A stretch of 64,000 nucleotides of DNA from Eledone cirrhosa (Eukaryota), in NCBI GenBank assembly GCA_964016885.1, contig OZ024747.1, positions 16,182,001 through 16,246,000 of the forward strand, written 5' to 3'. The first letter of the stretch is position 1, and each line of letters begins with the position of its first letter. A model generated the notes under the pieces. The model ran no database searches, was not told the origin of the DNA, and saw only the letters and a list, made by a program, of their open reading frames with translations. Made by a program: the position numbers and the translations under genes. This document shows positions 1-11,641 of this stretch, one piece after another.

Positions 1-884
1 AACAACTTAAAACAAAAGCAAACTGCTGTTAACCTTGATTACAAAAAAAATAAATTTCCAATAAAAACATTCTTCCAGGTGTTATTGATATGGTATTGTG
101 CAAAAAAAATATAGTAAATATTTTAAAATAAATCTATTATGGCAAGCGTACTATATCTTACAAGAATAGCGTCGTTGTTTTACATCTCTAGAATATTATT
201 TTTTATTATAATGATATTGTTAAAGAATTGTATGAGAGATCTTCGGATTGCAACATTATAAGTTTGTTTTTGAGTGCTTTTGTCCCTGCCGTTGTTGTTA
301 CTTTATCGGTTTTTCGTTTACTGTTGTAGATGCTGTCGAAACCATCGTAGCTGTTATTCTAATTGTTGTTTTGTAATAGTTGATATTTGTTTGCTGCTGC
401 TGTTTATGTTATTACATAAAGTTTTACCGTTTCTGTTGTTGTAGATGTTGTTGCATTTATTACTGATATATTTATTCTTGGTAGTATTTCTGCTGTTTTT
501 GTGACTAATGATGTTTCTGATTTTCACGTTGATGTTGTTATTCTCGTTTTCCACTATCAGCAATGCCCCGCCCCCCACACAACCACCACCACATCTCCAT
601 TCACAATATCGAAATACCTAAAATTAGGTAATCTTGAGTTTGTTTTTCATTCATTGAATGATTGATTGTATGGGTGATTGATTATTTGTTTACTTCTTAG
701 GTTGTTTGGCTGTCTCCATATTGTGTTTTCTTTTTCAATTCGATTTCGTTTTCATTTTCCAGTAACTACTGAAACTCTAGAGATTGAAATTTTATAACAA
801 ATGACTCACTCCAAGATTAACCATCACAATAGGCATACACATATATATACACACACACATATAAACACACACCGAAACACACAT

Positions 885-944
<60 letters not shown>

Positions 945-1002
945 CAAATAGAGAACAAGTTTTGAAATAAATTTTAAAAAATTCGCTGTAATTACAATAT
1001 GT

Positions 1003-1110
1003 GCCTTTACCACGGTTTCATGCTCCAGAATACACGGAAAATCCAAGGGGATTTCCATTGAAAAGGGAGCAATCTTCAGAAGCAATCTTCAGAAGCAATC
1101 TTCAGAAGGC
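1003..1110 (-). ncRNA. Type I hammerhead ribozyme motif with triplicated CUGAAGA box
   Basis: Minus strand reads GCCUU CUGAAGA [UUGCUUCUGAAGA x2] U UGCUCC..GGAGCA U GAAA CC GU GG UA AAGGC. Helix I is GCCUU/AAGGC, helix II is UGCUCC/GGAGCA, cleavage triplet GUA. It sits in a unique segment flanked by (TA)n. Confidence 0.75.
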
Positions 1111-1462
1111 TTTTCTCCCTCGGAGAATATAACATTTCCGAGTTCAAATCACAAACTGATGCCATACAAAACCATTCCCAGATTAGAGCGGATGATGAAA
1201 GAAATAATTCTGTCTGGTGCCGTGTGCAAAGACAAAAGGCAGGGTGGACAGGTCCTGCCACTAGAAATAGCAGCAGTCCAAACGGCCAAAATGTTATCTC
1301 TACCTTAAGGTGAATATATATATGTATATATATAAATATATATATACGTATATATATATTATATATACATAAATAAATAAGTATATATATATATATATAT
1401 GTTAGAAAATGAGTTTATTTTACAAAATGAAAAATAACCGAGGTGTCCTACACGAGTGAATG

Positions 1463-1894
<432 letters not shown>

Positions 1895-2280
1895 AAAACA
1901 AACAGAAATAACATGCACACCACACAGTACAAGGAAAACATATATTATTAGTTTTACGCTTGATAGAGTAGAAAGAGAGTCTTAACGTTTTAGATGCTAG
2001 CCCTTTATCAGAAAATAGAACGAGAAATTAAAGAGAAAATAGACAGATTGAGGAGACGGGCAGTAGTGGGAACGAAAAATTATCTTTAGAAAAAAAACTG
2101 GTCTATTCATGTCGCCATCTCTAGAAAAACTGTCGACGCTGGCGTTTTGTGTAATATATAAATATGTATCAACTGTTTGTATAATCGACATAATCACTGG
2201 ACTAGTTCCATTTCTTTTTATTATTAAAGAACAAAATGAAATGCAGAGTTTATGCTTAGAGGATTAAAATGAATACTACA

Positions 2281-2458
2281 AATAATTGTTTCTACTTTAG
2301 GCACAAGGCCAGCAATTACCCAGTGCATTACTGGTACTTTATTTTATCGACCCCGTAAGGATGAAAGGCAAAGTCAACCTCGGCGGGATTTGAACTCAGA
2401 TCGTAAAGGGACGTAACTATGCTGGAAAACATTCTATCGGCACTCTAAATTGGCCACC
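2281..2458 (-). mobile_element. tRNA-derived SINE
   Basis: Reverse complement matches 51711-51903: B box GAGTTCAAATCC, core GCCTTTCATCCTTACGGGGTCGATAAAATAAAGTACCAG, tail AGAAACAATTATT. Confidence 0.85.
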
Positions 2459-2523
2459 TGACATTGACAGAAAAATATTTCTTAGTTATATGACCAACAA
2501 ACAAATGTTACCCATACATATAA

Positions 2524-2712
2524 AATAATTGTTTCTACTTTTGGCACAAGGGCAGCAATTATCCCAGTGAATGTCTAATACTTTATTTTACCGACCCCGT
2601 AAGGATGAAAGGCAAAGTTAACCTCGAAGGGATTTGAACTCAGATAATAAAGGGCCATACCTCGTTGCTGCAAAGCATGGCGTCCGACCCTCTACCGATA
2701 CTGCCAATCCAC
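2524..2712 (-). mobile_element. tRNA-derived SINE (second tandem copy)
   Basis: Same family, with A box TGGCAGTATCGG and B box GAGTTCAAATCC on the minus strand. Confidence 0.85.
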
Positions 2713-3292
2713 AAAACATAATATTCAGCACTCACAAAAATACACGGACATGTGCACCAGAACACACACGCACACATACACATATACACTTATGCATATA
2801 TACACATATGTTCAAGCACACGTCACCGATCTTCATTGTAGTAAAACATTTTCTAATATATATACATAGTATGTCTTTGAAGTCACCCAAATTACAAACC
2901 TGCCACTTGAAAGATCTTTATGCACAGAACACGGTATACTTTATATGTTCAAGTGGAGACTACCTCATGGTTTGTATTAGAGTGTGCAGCCTCTACGAAT
3001 TGTTCTATATAAATATTTTTCTCCTTGTTCTTCATCAGTATATATTTCGTTAAGTGTGCTTCGGTGTTAAGCATTGACCTTGCTCCTTTCGTTTTTACCT
3101 CATAGCTAATTGTCTTTTTTCAGTGAATATATATATTTTTCTTATATATTCTGTAGATATCATCGGTGCTTTCATCTTTCTAATTAGTAGTCAAGTTCTG
3201 AGGTTACCGTAAAAAAATTCCTCAACCTAAAGGCTGAGAATTTTGTTGTAAAGAAAACAGATATAATCCTGAATGTTATAATGCATTAGCAG

Positions 3293-3398
<106 letters not shown>

Positions 3399-3539
3399 TT
3401 AAAAGTTAAACAAAGGTTCAATGAATAAATCAAAGATGAGTTTTACAATAGATTGGAAGCACTCAACACAAAATGTTTTTCCAGAGTTACTAATATTAAT
3501 TCAAAATATTAACAAAATAGATATTGTTGTGATCAAGTA

Positions 3540-3606
3540 TATTTTATTATACAAATTTCAGAGGTACTGAGTTAACTTCAACAGTACGTCCTCATCAGAT
3601 AAAATA
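3540..3606 (-). ncRNA. Type I hammerhead ribozyme motif
   Basis: UAUUUUAU CUGAUGA GGA-C-GUACUG..CAGUAC-C-UCU GAAA UUUGUA UA AUAAAAUA. Helix I has 8 bp and helix II is long with one C-C mismatch. Confidence 0.7.
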
Positions 3607-3663
3607 AGATGATGCATGACATACCGTGACATAGTAGATGGTTAAGACTCAGTCATGGTAGTA

Positions 3664-3695
<32 letters not shown>

Positions 3696-3831
3696 CAATC
3701 TCATCTATATTAAAACTTTTATACTCTGCTATGTATTGAGTACCTTACTTACTGTGGTTACCTCCGATTCAACCCGGAATAACGTACATTTTAGCACTCT
3801 CTGTGCCCCTTATAACCATCATCAAGAAACC

Positions 3832-5973
3832 ATGCTGACCAAACTCGACCTTGATATTTCCTTGAAGAACATCCCTATCCCTCCAAGGAAACTATACTTA
3901 AAAACACTCATCAGACGTACCGACGGGTTCATCAAGCGAATTAGATGGAGCGCCTTCTTCCTCGACAACCCTGATGTAGCATCTACCAATGATGAGAAGT
4001 TCGGCTTCAAAACGAATAAGACACCACCCACCAACAGCCTACTCCAACCATTTGAAGAAGACCTCTTCAAGATGATCAAGGATATTACATTCCGTAGAGC
4101 CACCACACCATTCCAGGCCTACTTAAATGCCGAATTACGGAATATAAAAAAATCCCCTAATCTTTATGTCTCCTCCGATAAAACCAAAAACGTTTATGAG
4201 GTAGACCCACAGACCTACAATAAGCTGGCAAAAAATACCATCACGACCACCTACAAAAAGGTAATAGAGAGGGCACTGACTGAGACAAACGCGGCCGGAA
4301 AAGAAATCGCCAAGTCCCATAAATTACACGACCGAACCGAACCTTTAAGGGTAAAGACCCCGCACTTTACCCTGAAGGACCATAAGGGAAATTTCCTCAA
4401 CAAACCATCAGTCAGACTTATCAACCCCACTCGTTCTGACATCGGCTCTATCAGTAAAACGATCCTGGATAGAGTTCTACCATCATTACGGGCAGCCTCA
4501 CCACTTCCACACTGGAGTAGAACATCTGAGGCAATATCATGGTTCCAAGAATTACCCGATAAACACCACACTCGCTTCCTGCAACTCGACATAGAAAACT
4601 ACTATGCCTCTATCTCGGAGCCCCTCCTGAAGGACGCAATTAACTTTGCCAGGAATTTTACCACCATTACCGATGCTGAGCAAGTTGTTATCCTCCACGC
4701 TCGTAAGACCTTTCTATACCACGATGGATCTTACTGGATCAACAAGAAATCTCAGACCCCATTTGACGTTAGCATGGGGGCGAGTGACTCGGCTGAAATT
4801 AGCGACCTTGTGGGCCTGTACATCCTACATAACCTGAAGAACCTCTTTATCGGCCTAATGGGAGGTTTATACCGAGACGACGGCCTCTTCGCCCTGCATA
4901 AGGTTAACCCCAGAACCACCGATGGGTTTCGGAAAAACTTAAGCTCTTTCTTCTCTAATCTAGGATTTAGTATAACTATAGATTCTAATTTGACTAGGGC
5001 CAACTTCTTAGATGTCACTCTCGACCTAGATACTTCCCTCTATTACCCGCACCACAAACCTAACGAGTCCCTTAAATATATTAATGTTAATTCAAACCAC
5101 CCCCAAAACATCACTGATAACCTAGTAAAAAGCGTCTCTATTAGAATATCTGGCCTCTCCGCCAACAAAGATATTTTTAATGCATCTGCCTCCTACTACA
5201 ATGACGCCCTCGCCCGTAGCGGATTTAAAGATAAGATAACTTACCTAGAAACCACCGCAAGATTGCAGAGGAGGAATAGACATAGGCAGATTAGCTGGTA
5301 CAACCCTCCCTTCAATAGAGAGGTATCTACTCCGATAGCTAGGATTTTCTTCACTTTACTGAAATTACACTTCCCCATACAACAGAGGTACTACACCATC
5401 TTTAATAAGAACACTATAAGACTGTCTTACTCCACCACACCTAACCTAGCTAGGAATATAGCCAACCACAATTCTAAATTAAATAAGCCAACCACCTCCG
5501 AAACCAATCCCCGGACTGGGGCTCTATGTAATTGCCTAAATAAGGAAGCATGCCCACTTGAAAACAAATGCCTCACAAATGACATCGTATACAAATGCGA
5601 TGTCATCTCAGGCACCGAGGATTGCAAAAAAACTTACATCGGCATGACCTCCAACAACTTTAAGACCCGTTGGTATGCACATACCCACTCCTTCAGGAGA
5701 CCGGATAAATCAAATCAGACAACACTCGCCTCCTACGTTTGGGACCTCAAAAGGAACTCCACCCCCTTCACGCTTAAATGGAAAATACTCCAGAAAGCGC
5801 GCTCTTACAACGGAGGACACAAGGGCTGCGACCTTTGTATTTCAGAGAGCTACGAAATTTTATTCGCCAAGGGCCCGCTACTGAACAAACTCACTGAACA
5901 CTGCCCGAACGGCATGCACAAGAACTTTGCAACTTTCAAACACTTTAAGCCAGTGTTAAAGCCCGATGGCTAA
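3832..5973 (+). CDS. PLE reverse transcriptase plus GIY-YIG endonuclease (713 aa from the ATG at 3832)
   Basis: Motifs SLKNIPIP, SDKT, RLINP, LDIENYY, MGASDSAE, YRDDGL, FLDVTL, CNC..CPL..KC, IVYKC..YIGMT, CDLC..E. The 3655 start in the ORF track merely reads through (TA)n and the pLTR. The Naiad assignment rests on recalled motifs. Confidence 0.9.
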   Translation: MLTKLDLDISLKNIPIPPRKLYLKTLIRRTDGFIKRIRWSAFFLDNPDVASTNDEKFGFKTNKTPPTNSLLQPFEEDLFKMIKDITFRRATTPFQAYLNAELRNIKKSPNLYVSSDKTKNVYEVDPQTYNKLAKNTITTTYKKVIERALTETNAAGKEIAKSHKLHDRTEPLRVKTPHFTLKDHKGNFLNKPSVRLINPTRSDIGSISKTILDRVLPSLRAASPLPHWSRTSEAISWFQELPDKHHTRFLQLDIENYYASISEPLLKDAINFARNFTTITDAEQVVILHARKTFLYHDGSYWINKKSQTPFDVSMGASDSAEISDLVGLYILHNLKNLFIGLMGGLYRDDGLFALHKVNPRTTDGFRKNLSSFFSNLGFSITIDSNLTRANFLDVTLDLDTSLYYPHHKPNESLKYINVNSNHPQNITDNLVKSVSIRISGLSANKDIFNASASYYNDALARSGFKDKITYLETTARLQRRNRHRQISWYNPPFNREVSTPIARIFFTLLKLHFPIQQRYYTIFNKNTIRLSYSTTPNLARNIANHNSKLNKPTTSETNPRTGALCNCLNKEACPLENKCLTNDIVYKCDVISGTEDCKKTYIGMTSNNFKTRWYAHTHSFRRPDKSNQTTLASYVWDLKRNSTPFTLKWKILQKARSYNGGHKGCDLCISESYEILFAKGPLLNKLTEHCPNGMHKNFATFKHFKPVLKPDG

Positions 5974-6099
5974 AAACGACCTCCCCCTATTGGCCCCTAT
6001 ACCTCCTCCCCACCCTACCCCCACCCCTCCTCAACCTGAAATACGGCCACTATGGTTATGTGAGTACCTCTTTCGTATCTACATTTTTTTGCCTGTAGA

Positions 6100-6408
6100 G
6101 GTGTCTTTATGTGCCTGCGTATATGCGTATATTTATTGAGTACCTATTTATTTGTATGTGTATATATTTGTTTGTATGTGTGTATATGTATGTGTATGTG
6201 TATATATTTATATATGTGTTTGTGTGTATATGTGTTTTATGTGTGTATATTTATGTATGTATGTGTATGTATATATGTGTATATATATGTGTATATATAT
6301 ATGTATATATATATATATATGTATATATGTGTATGTGTATGTATGTATGTATGTATGTATGTGTATGTGTATGTATATATGTATGTTTATGTATATATGT
6401 ATATGTAT

Positions 6409-6466
<58 letters not shown>

Positions 6467-6489
6467 GTGTGTGTGTGTGTATGTGTGTA

Positions 6490-6529
<40 letters not shown>

Positions 6530-6752
6530 GTTGTGTGGGCAGGTGCGTATATATATATATATATGTGTGTATATGTATGTATATGTATATATATATATAT
6601 ATATATCTATATATATATATTATGTATATATATGTATATATATATATATAAATATATGTATGTATGTGTATATATATATATATATATATGTGCGTGAGAG
6701 AGAGTGTGTATATATATTTGTGTGTGTGTGTGTGTATGTGTGTATACGTGTG

Positions 6753-6785
<33 letters not shown>

Positions 6786-6868
6786 ATATATGCGTTATAT
6801 GTCTGTATATATATATGTGTATACTTATGTATAGGTCTGTGTATGTGTGTGTATATTTGTATATGTAT

Positions 6869-6921
<53 letters not shown>

Positions 6922-7005
6922 CATATGCATGTGTATGTGTGTGTGTGTGTGTATATATATATATGTGTATATGTGTGTGCGTGTATATATATGTGTGTGT
7001 ATTTG

Positions 7006-7052
<47 letters not shown>

Positions 7053-7091
7053 GTGTGTGTATGTGTATATGTGTGTGCGTGTATGTGTGTG

Positions 7092-7133
<42 letters not shown>

Positions 7134-7201
7134 TATATATATACATACGTATATATATATATATTTATATATATGTGTATATGTATGTTTGTATGTATGT
7201 T

Positions 7202-7269
<68 letters not shown>

Positions 7270-7295
7270 GTGCTTTTTCCTTATATATGTGTATA

Positions 7296-7346
<51 letters not shown>

Positions 7347-7381
7347 GTGTGTGTTTGTATGTGTATATATTTGTTTGTGTG

Positions 7382-7443
<62 letters not shown>

Positions 7444-7579
7444 TATATATATATATATGTATATGTGTATATATATGTGTGTGTGTTTGTGTGTATGTGT
7501 GTGTATATGTATATATATGTGTGTGTATGTGTTTTTTTATATATATATATATATGTGTGTGTATGTATATATATATGTG

Positions 7580-7618
<39 letters not shown>

Positions 7619-7631
7619 ATATGTATGTATG

Positions 7632-7684
<53 letters not shown>

Positions 7685-8012
7685 ATATGTGTATATATAT
7701 ATGTATATATCTGTGTATATATATGTATATATATCTATATGTATTTGTGTGTATTTGTATACACATGTATATTTGTGTTTGTATGTATGTGTGTGAGTGT
7801 ATTTATATGTGTATATATGTGTGTGTGAGTGTATATATATGTATGTGTGTGTGTATGTATATATATGTGTGTGTGTATATATACATATATATATGTATGT
7901 ATGTGTGTATGTATATGTATGTATATGAATATATTTATATATATGTGTGTGTGTTTTTATGTGTGTATATGTGTTTGTGTGTGTGTCTATGGTTGCGCGT
8001 GAGTGTGTGAGT
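6100..8012. repeat. Compound (TA)n/(TG)n/(TATG)n simple-repeat field inside the PLE 3' region
   Basis: About 1.9 kb of alternating purine-pyrimidine repeats. Confidence 0.95.
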
Positions 8013-8467
8013 GAGTATGTTTTTTTGTGAATGTGTCTGTTGATTTTTGGCATATAGTTGATTTGTTTAAGAGAAGTTCGAAGATAATTGTAAGATATGC
8101 ACTCAGTATTTTGAATCTGTCTACAGAATTCTCTAGACCTTTGTCACTTAGTAGAACCTTAATGATTTTAGCTTTTAAAGAATCTCCCTTTTCTTTAATT
8201 CTATCGACCATGACTGACCCCCCACTGATCTTATAGACATCTGTTTGCTTAAGAGAAACTTAATGACAAGGAATGGTATGCCATCCGGAACCTGTTTATA
8301 GAATTCTGTCTGCCCTTGTAAATAAATAAAAATAAACTATAGCTTTGTAGAATTAGCTTTTAATGAATTCCCTTTTCTATCAACCAATGACCTACACCCA
8401 TCCCACTCCCCACCCTCTCCTACCACTTGTAGAGACCTATAAATACCATTTTTATTTTTTGATACCC

Positions 8468-8518
8468 AGATTCCTGATGATTTCTAATGAATGAAACAGT
8501 TCTAGTCCTGTAGAATCT
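8468..8518 (+). ncRNA. Type I hammerhead ribozyme in the 3' pLTR
   Basis: AGAUUC CUGAUGA U UUC UAAU GAA U GAAA CAG UUCUAGUC CUG UA GAAUCU. Predicted cleavage after GUA (8512/8513). Confidence 0.85.
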
Positions 8519-8610
8519 CATCTATATTAAAACTTTTATACTCTGCTATGTATTGAGTACCTTACTTACTGTGGTTACCTCCGATTCAACCCGGAATAAC
8601 GTAAATATAT

Positions 8611-8833
<223 letters not shown>

Positions 8834-8905
8834 CACATGCATACATATATAAATATACATATATATATATATATATATATACATTCATATATATATATAT
8901 ATATA

Positions 8906-9075
8906 TACGTTATTCCGGGTTGAATCGGAGGTAACCACAGTAAGTAAGGTACTCAATACATAGCAGAGTATAACAGTTTTAATATAGAAGAGATTCTACA
9001 GGACTAGAACTGAGATTCCTGATGATTTCTAATGAATGAAACAGTTCTAGTCCTGTAGAATCTCTTCTATATTAA

Positions 9076-9079
<4 letters not shown>
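8906..9079. mobile_element. Inverted plus direct pLTR fragments of the same PLE family
   Basis: 8906-9012 is the reverse complement of about 8497-8603. It is followed by a direct copy of about 8468-8533 that includes the HHR. Confidence 0.9.
9012..9064 (+). ncRNA. Type I hammerhead ribozyme (second copy)
   Basis: Core identical to 8468-8518, with helix I GAGAUUC/GAAUCUC. Confidence 0.85.
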
Positions 9080-9130
<51 letters not shown>

Positions 9131-9140
9131 ATCGTATATA

Positions 9141-9986
9141 TCTGTATATATATAAAATTAAGTATGTGTGTGTCTGTGTGTCTGTGTGTCTCTGTATTGC
9201 CAATAGGGGCCTACATCTTACGACCGATTTTCATGAATCTTTAAAGGCTCATAGATTAGTCATCGGGGAGTATTTTCTATATATCAGCTTATCGTCTTTT
9301 TATTCTGGGGTCATTCTGCAGAGAAAATTCGATAGGGGGTCACCTTTTTTTAGATATTGAATAATATAATTCTTGGCCCTAGCTCCTACATTTTCCCACC
9401 GATTTCGCTCAGATTGTAAAGCATAATAGAATTTATCATTGCGCATCCTGTAATAACTTTATATTTTGGATTTGTTTTTCAGGGACGGCGCAGCAGCCGC
9501 TTAAATATTGAAAAATACCACTTGTAGACTAAAATTTCCACTTTTTCGGCTCTAGCTCCTATATTAATCATCCTACTTTGTTGAAATTTTACACTACGCT
9601 AGATCTGATTATTTCACGTCTGAAATTCGCTTTACATTTTGGATTTTTTTCTGTTCAGGAACGGCATGGCAGCCGCTTATATATTCGAAAATACCACCTT
9701 TTCGCTCAAATTTCCGATTTTCGGCTCTAGCTCCCACATTTTTCAACCGATTTCGTTCAAATTCGAATCTTCGGCTCCACCTAACACATAAATCAATTTA
9801 TTTGGTTCAACCTTTATACTATTCTTTTCCACCTCCCACATATTCCATACGATTTCATTCAACACTTCGCCATTTGTTACACCTTAAGACCGATTTTCAA
9901 GAAACTCGCAGTCGCTAAGATCAACACATTTTCATCAAAGCGGATATTATTTTACCTACCCAGGCAATTCTGGGTACTGCTGGTAG
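9141..9986 (+). mobile_element. Non-autonomous Helitron-like element with internal ~175-bp tandem repeats
   Basis: Starts A|TC..TATATAAAA. Subterminal hairpin TACCCAG-GCAATT-CTGGGTA at 9957-9976, ends GTAG|T (CTRR-like). Units GGCTCTAGCTCC..CCGATTTCG recur at about 9375, 9548 and 9723. Confidence 0.6.
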
Positions 9987-10018
<32 letters not shown>

Positions 10019-10053
10019 TATATATGTATATATATATATATATTTATATATAT

Positions 10054-10083
<30 letters not shown>

Positions 10084-10087
<4 letters not shown>

Positions 10088-10378
10088 TTATTAAAATAAC
10101 AGATTAAAGTTTAATGCAAAGAATCGCTGTTTTCACCCTTAACGGGATCTTCCTCCGGTTGCAACGTTTTTTTTTTTGAAATATTCACTTCTGCGTTTAC
10201 AGATTGACTTTGTTAGTTTCAGAAGATCCCGTTAAGGGTGAAAGCAGCGATTCTTTGCTTAAACTTTAATCTGTTATTTTAATAAATATTTGCTCTACGG
10301 TTCTTATATATTTTATATATATTTATCCTTATTGAGCCCTCTATGGATTTTAGTCTTCAAATTTATTATTATTACTAT
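10084..10378. repeat. Fold-back pLTR-like element
   Basis: Arms 10084-10152 and 10222-10289 are reverse complements. The family recurs at 51266-51435 and 51637-51705. Confidence 0.85.
10215..10265 (+). ncRNA. Hammerhead motif with one core substitution (CAGAAGA)
   Basis: AGUUU CAGAAGA U CCC GUUAA GGG U GAAA GCA GCGAUUCUU UGC UU AAACU. Confidence 0.6.
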
Positions 10379-10380
10379 AT

Positions 10381-10455
<75 letters not shown>

Positions 10456-11199
10456 CTAGATTGTGGCAGTAGCAGTTTTGTTTATGTTCTGTGTAGGCGT
10501 TGAATTATGTATCGATTTTACCAGTACATTTTTACATCAAGTTCTTAACAGATATTCTACACTGTCAGAGTCCAATCCTAAGCATGTGTAATTATCAACG
10601 CGAGCCAGAGTCAATGACATCGTTAACACCACCATCACCCCCTCTGTTATAACCGACGTTACACATACCACCAAGAACAACAGCAATGGAAACAATAACA
10701 GCAATAAAAGAGAGGAGGAATAAGGGAATCAAAAGAGATAGTGCAAAATAAGGGTCGTATGTTAAGCCTCAAAGCTCCGTCTGACATGATGGAAAACACT
10801 TTCCGTTATCCATACCGCATAAGTGGAACTACATCCCACTTGGTATAGCACGCTATTGAGTACCACATCAAAAACACCGTGCGGTGGAGACGTAAAGCCA
10901 ATATCAACCGAAGCAAAGGTGTTGTGAAAGTGGGCGTCATGTTTGCTACCCAGCATCAGGCCAAACCCCATTTCCTATCACCCCTTCGAAACGTTGTGGC
11001 CAAAGAATGATGATGGTCAGAGCCAACCTGTAGCTGCTCACAATCACAATTCCATGGAATGTCGCAGCTTTCTTCACAGACCTCGAGAAAAGAGCCCACC
11101 ATGCTAGATATCTTCAGAATTAAAAAAAAGACACTAGTTCGGAATAGACGGCACGCACTTTCAACACCAACAAAAACACTGGTAGATGTAAAATTTGAA

Positions 11200-11538
11200 A
11201 AGGAAATTTGCTAAAAATTGGATAACTGAGCGAGGAAAGCCCGAGTGAATTGGCCTACTCTGAGCATGCGTCTCTACGCTGGAGAGTTCAGAGAGGTGAG
11301 TGGCATATCCGAATTGTGCTCTTTGTGGTTAGGGTGGTTTCGGATCTGTGGGGTTCCTAAATTATACCCATGCGGTACTCCTACTTATCGGGAAATTCTG
11401 TTGCTTTCACTTTATTGTTATTGCGTTACCTGTTTTCTTTCTGTACACCCTTTATATAATATGCAAATCACCACTGCTCTTGGCTATTTGTATTTGCCTT
11501 TGTGTTTCGGCAAATACAAATGGTGGCCAATAAGGAAT
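11200..11538 (+). mobile_element. 3' fragment of an L1/Tx1-like LINE ending in (TTC)n
   Basis: Translates KFAKNWI/ARKARVNWPTLSMRL, like the C-termini ARMARVNGPSLYIRL at 39973 and 40975. Ends GGTGGCCAATAAGGAAT, like GTGGCTAATAAAGAAAT. Confidence 0.7.
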
Positions 11539-11603
11539 TCTTCTTCTTCTTCTTCTTCTTCTTCTTCTTCTTCTTCTTCTTCTTCTTCTTCTTCTTCTTC
11601 TTT

Positions 11604-11640
<37 letters not shown>

Positions 11641-11641
11641 A
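11538..11641. repeat. (TTC)n followed by (TAG)n
   Basis: Read directly from the sequence. Confidence 0.95.

Larger units (their letters stand above)
3697..8603 (+). mobile_element. Penelope-like retroelement, Naiad-like, with direct pLTR segments
   Basis: Identical 90-bp direct repeat at 3697-3786 and 8514-8603, RT plus GIY-YIG ORF, HHR in the 3' pLTR, and both ends abutting (TA)n. Confidence 0.92.

Noticed and set aside
3006-3042. Minus-strand CUGAUGA..GAAA AAUAUU UA motif
   Set aside because: Helix II cannot pair and the other stems are AT-only, so chance is plausible.
3655-3831. N-terminal 59 aa of the 772-aa ORF
   Set aside because: It reads through flanking DNA, (TA)n and the pLTR. 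Homology-like sequence begins at the ATG at 3832.
6109-8053. Long ORFs of YI/CV/HT dipeptide repeats (also at 8546-8888, 47239-48080, 53430-53864 and elsewhere)
   Set aside because: They are translations of (TA)n/(TG)n microsatellites, which lack stop codons.
10740-11170. GC-richer segment with a 69-aa minus-strand ORF
   Set aside because: No recognisable domain. It may be an old LINE remnant, but this is unsupported.
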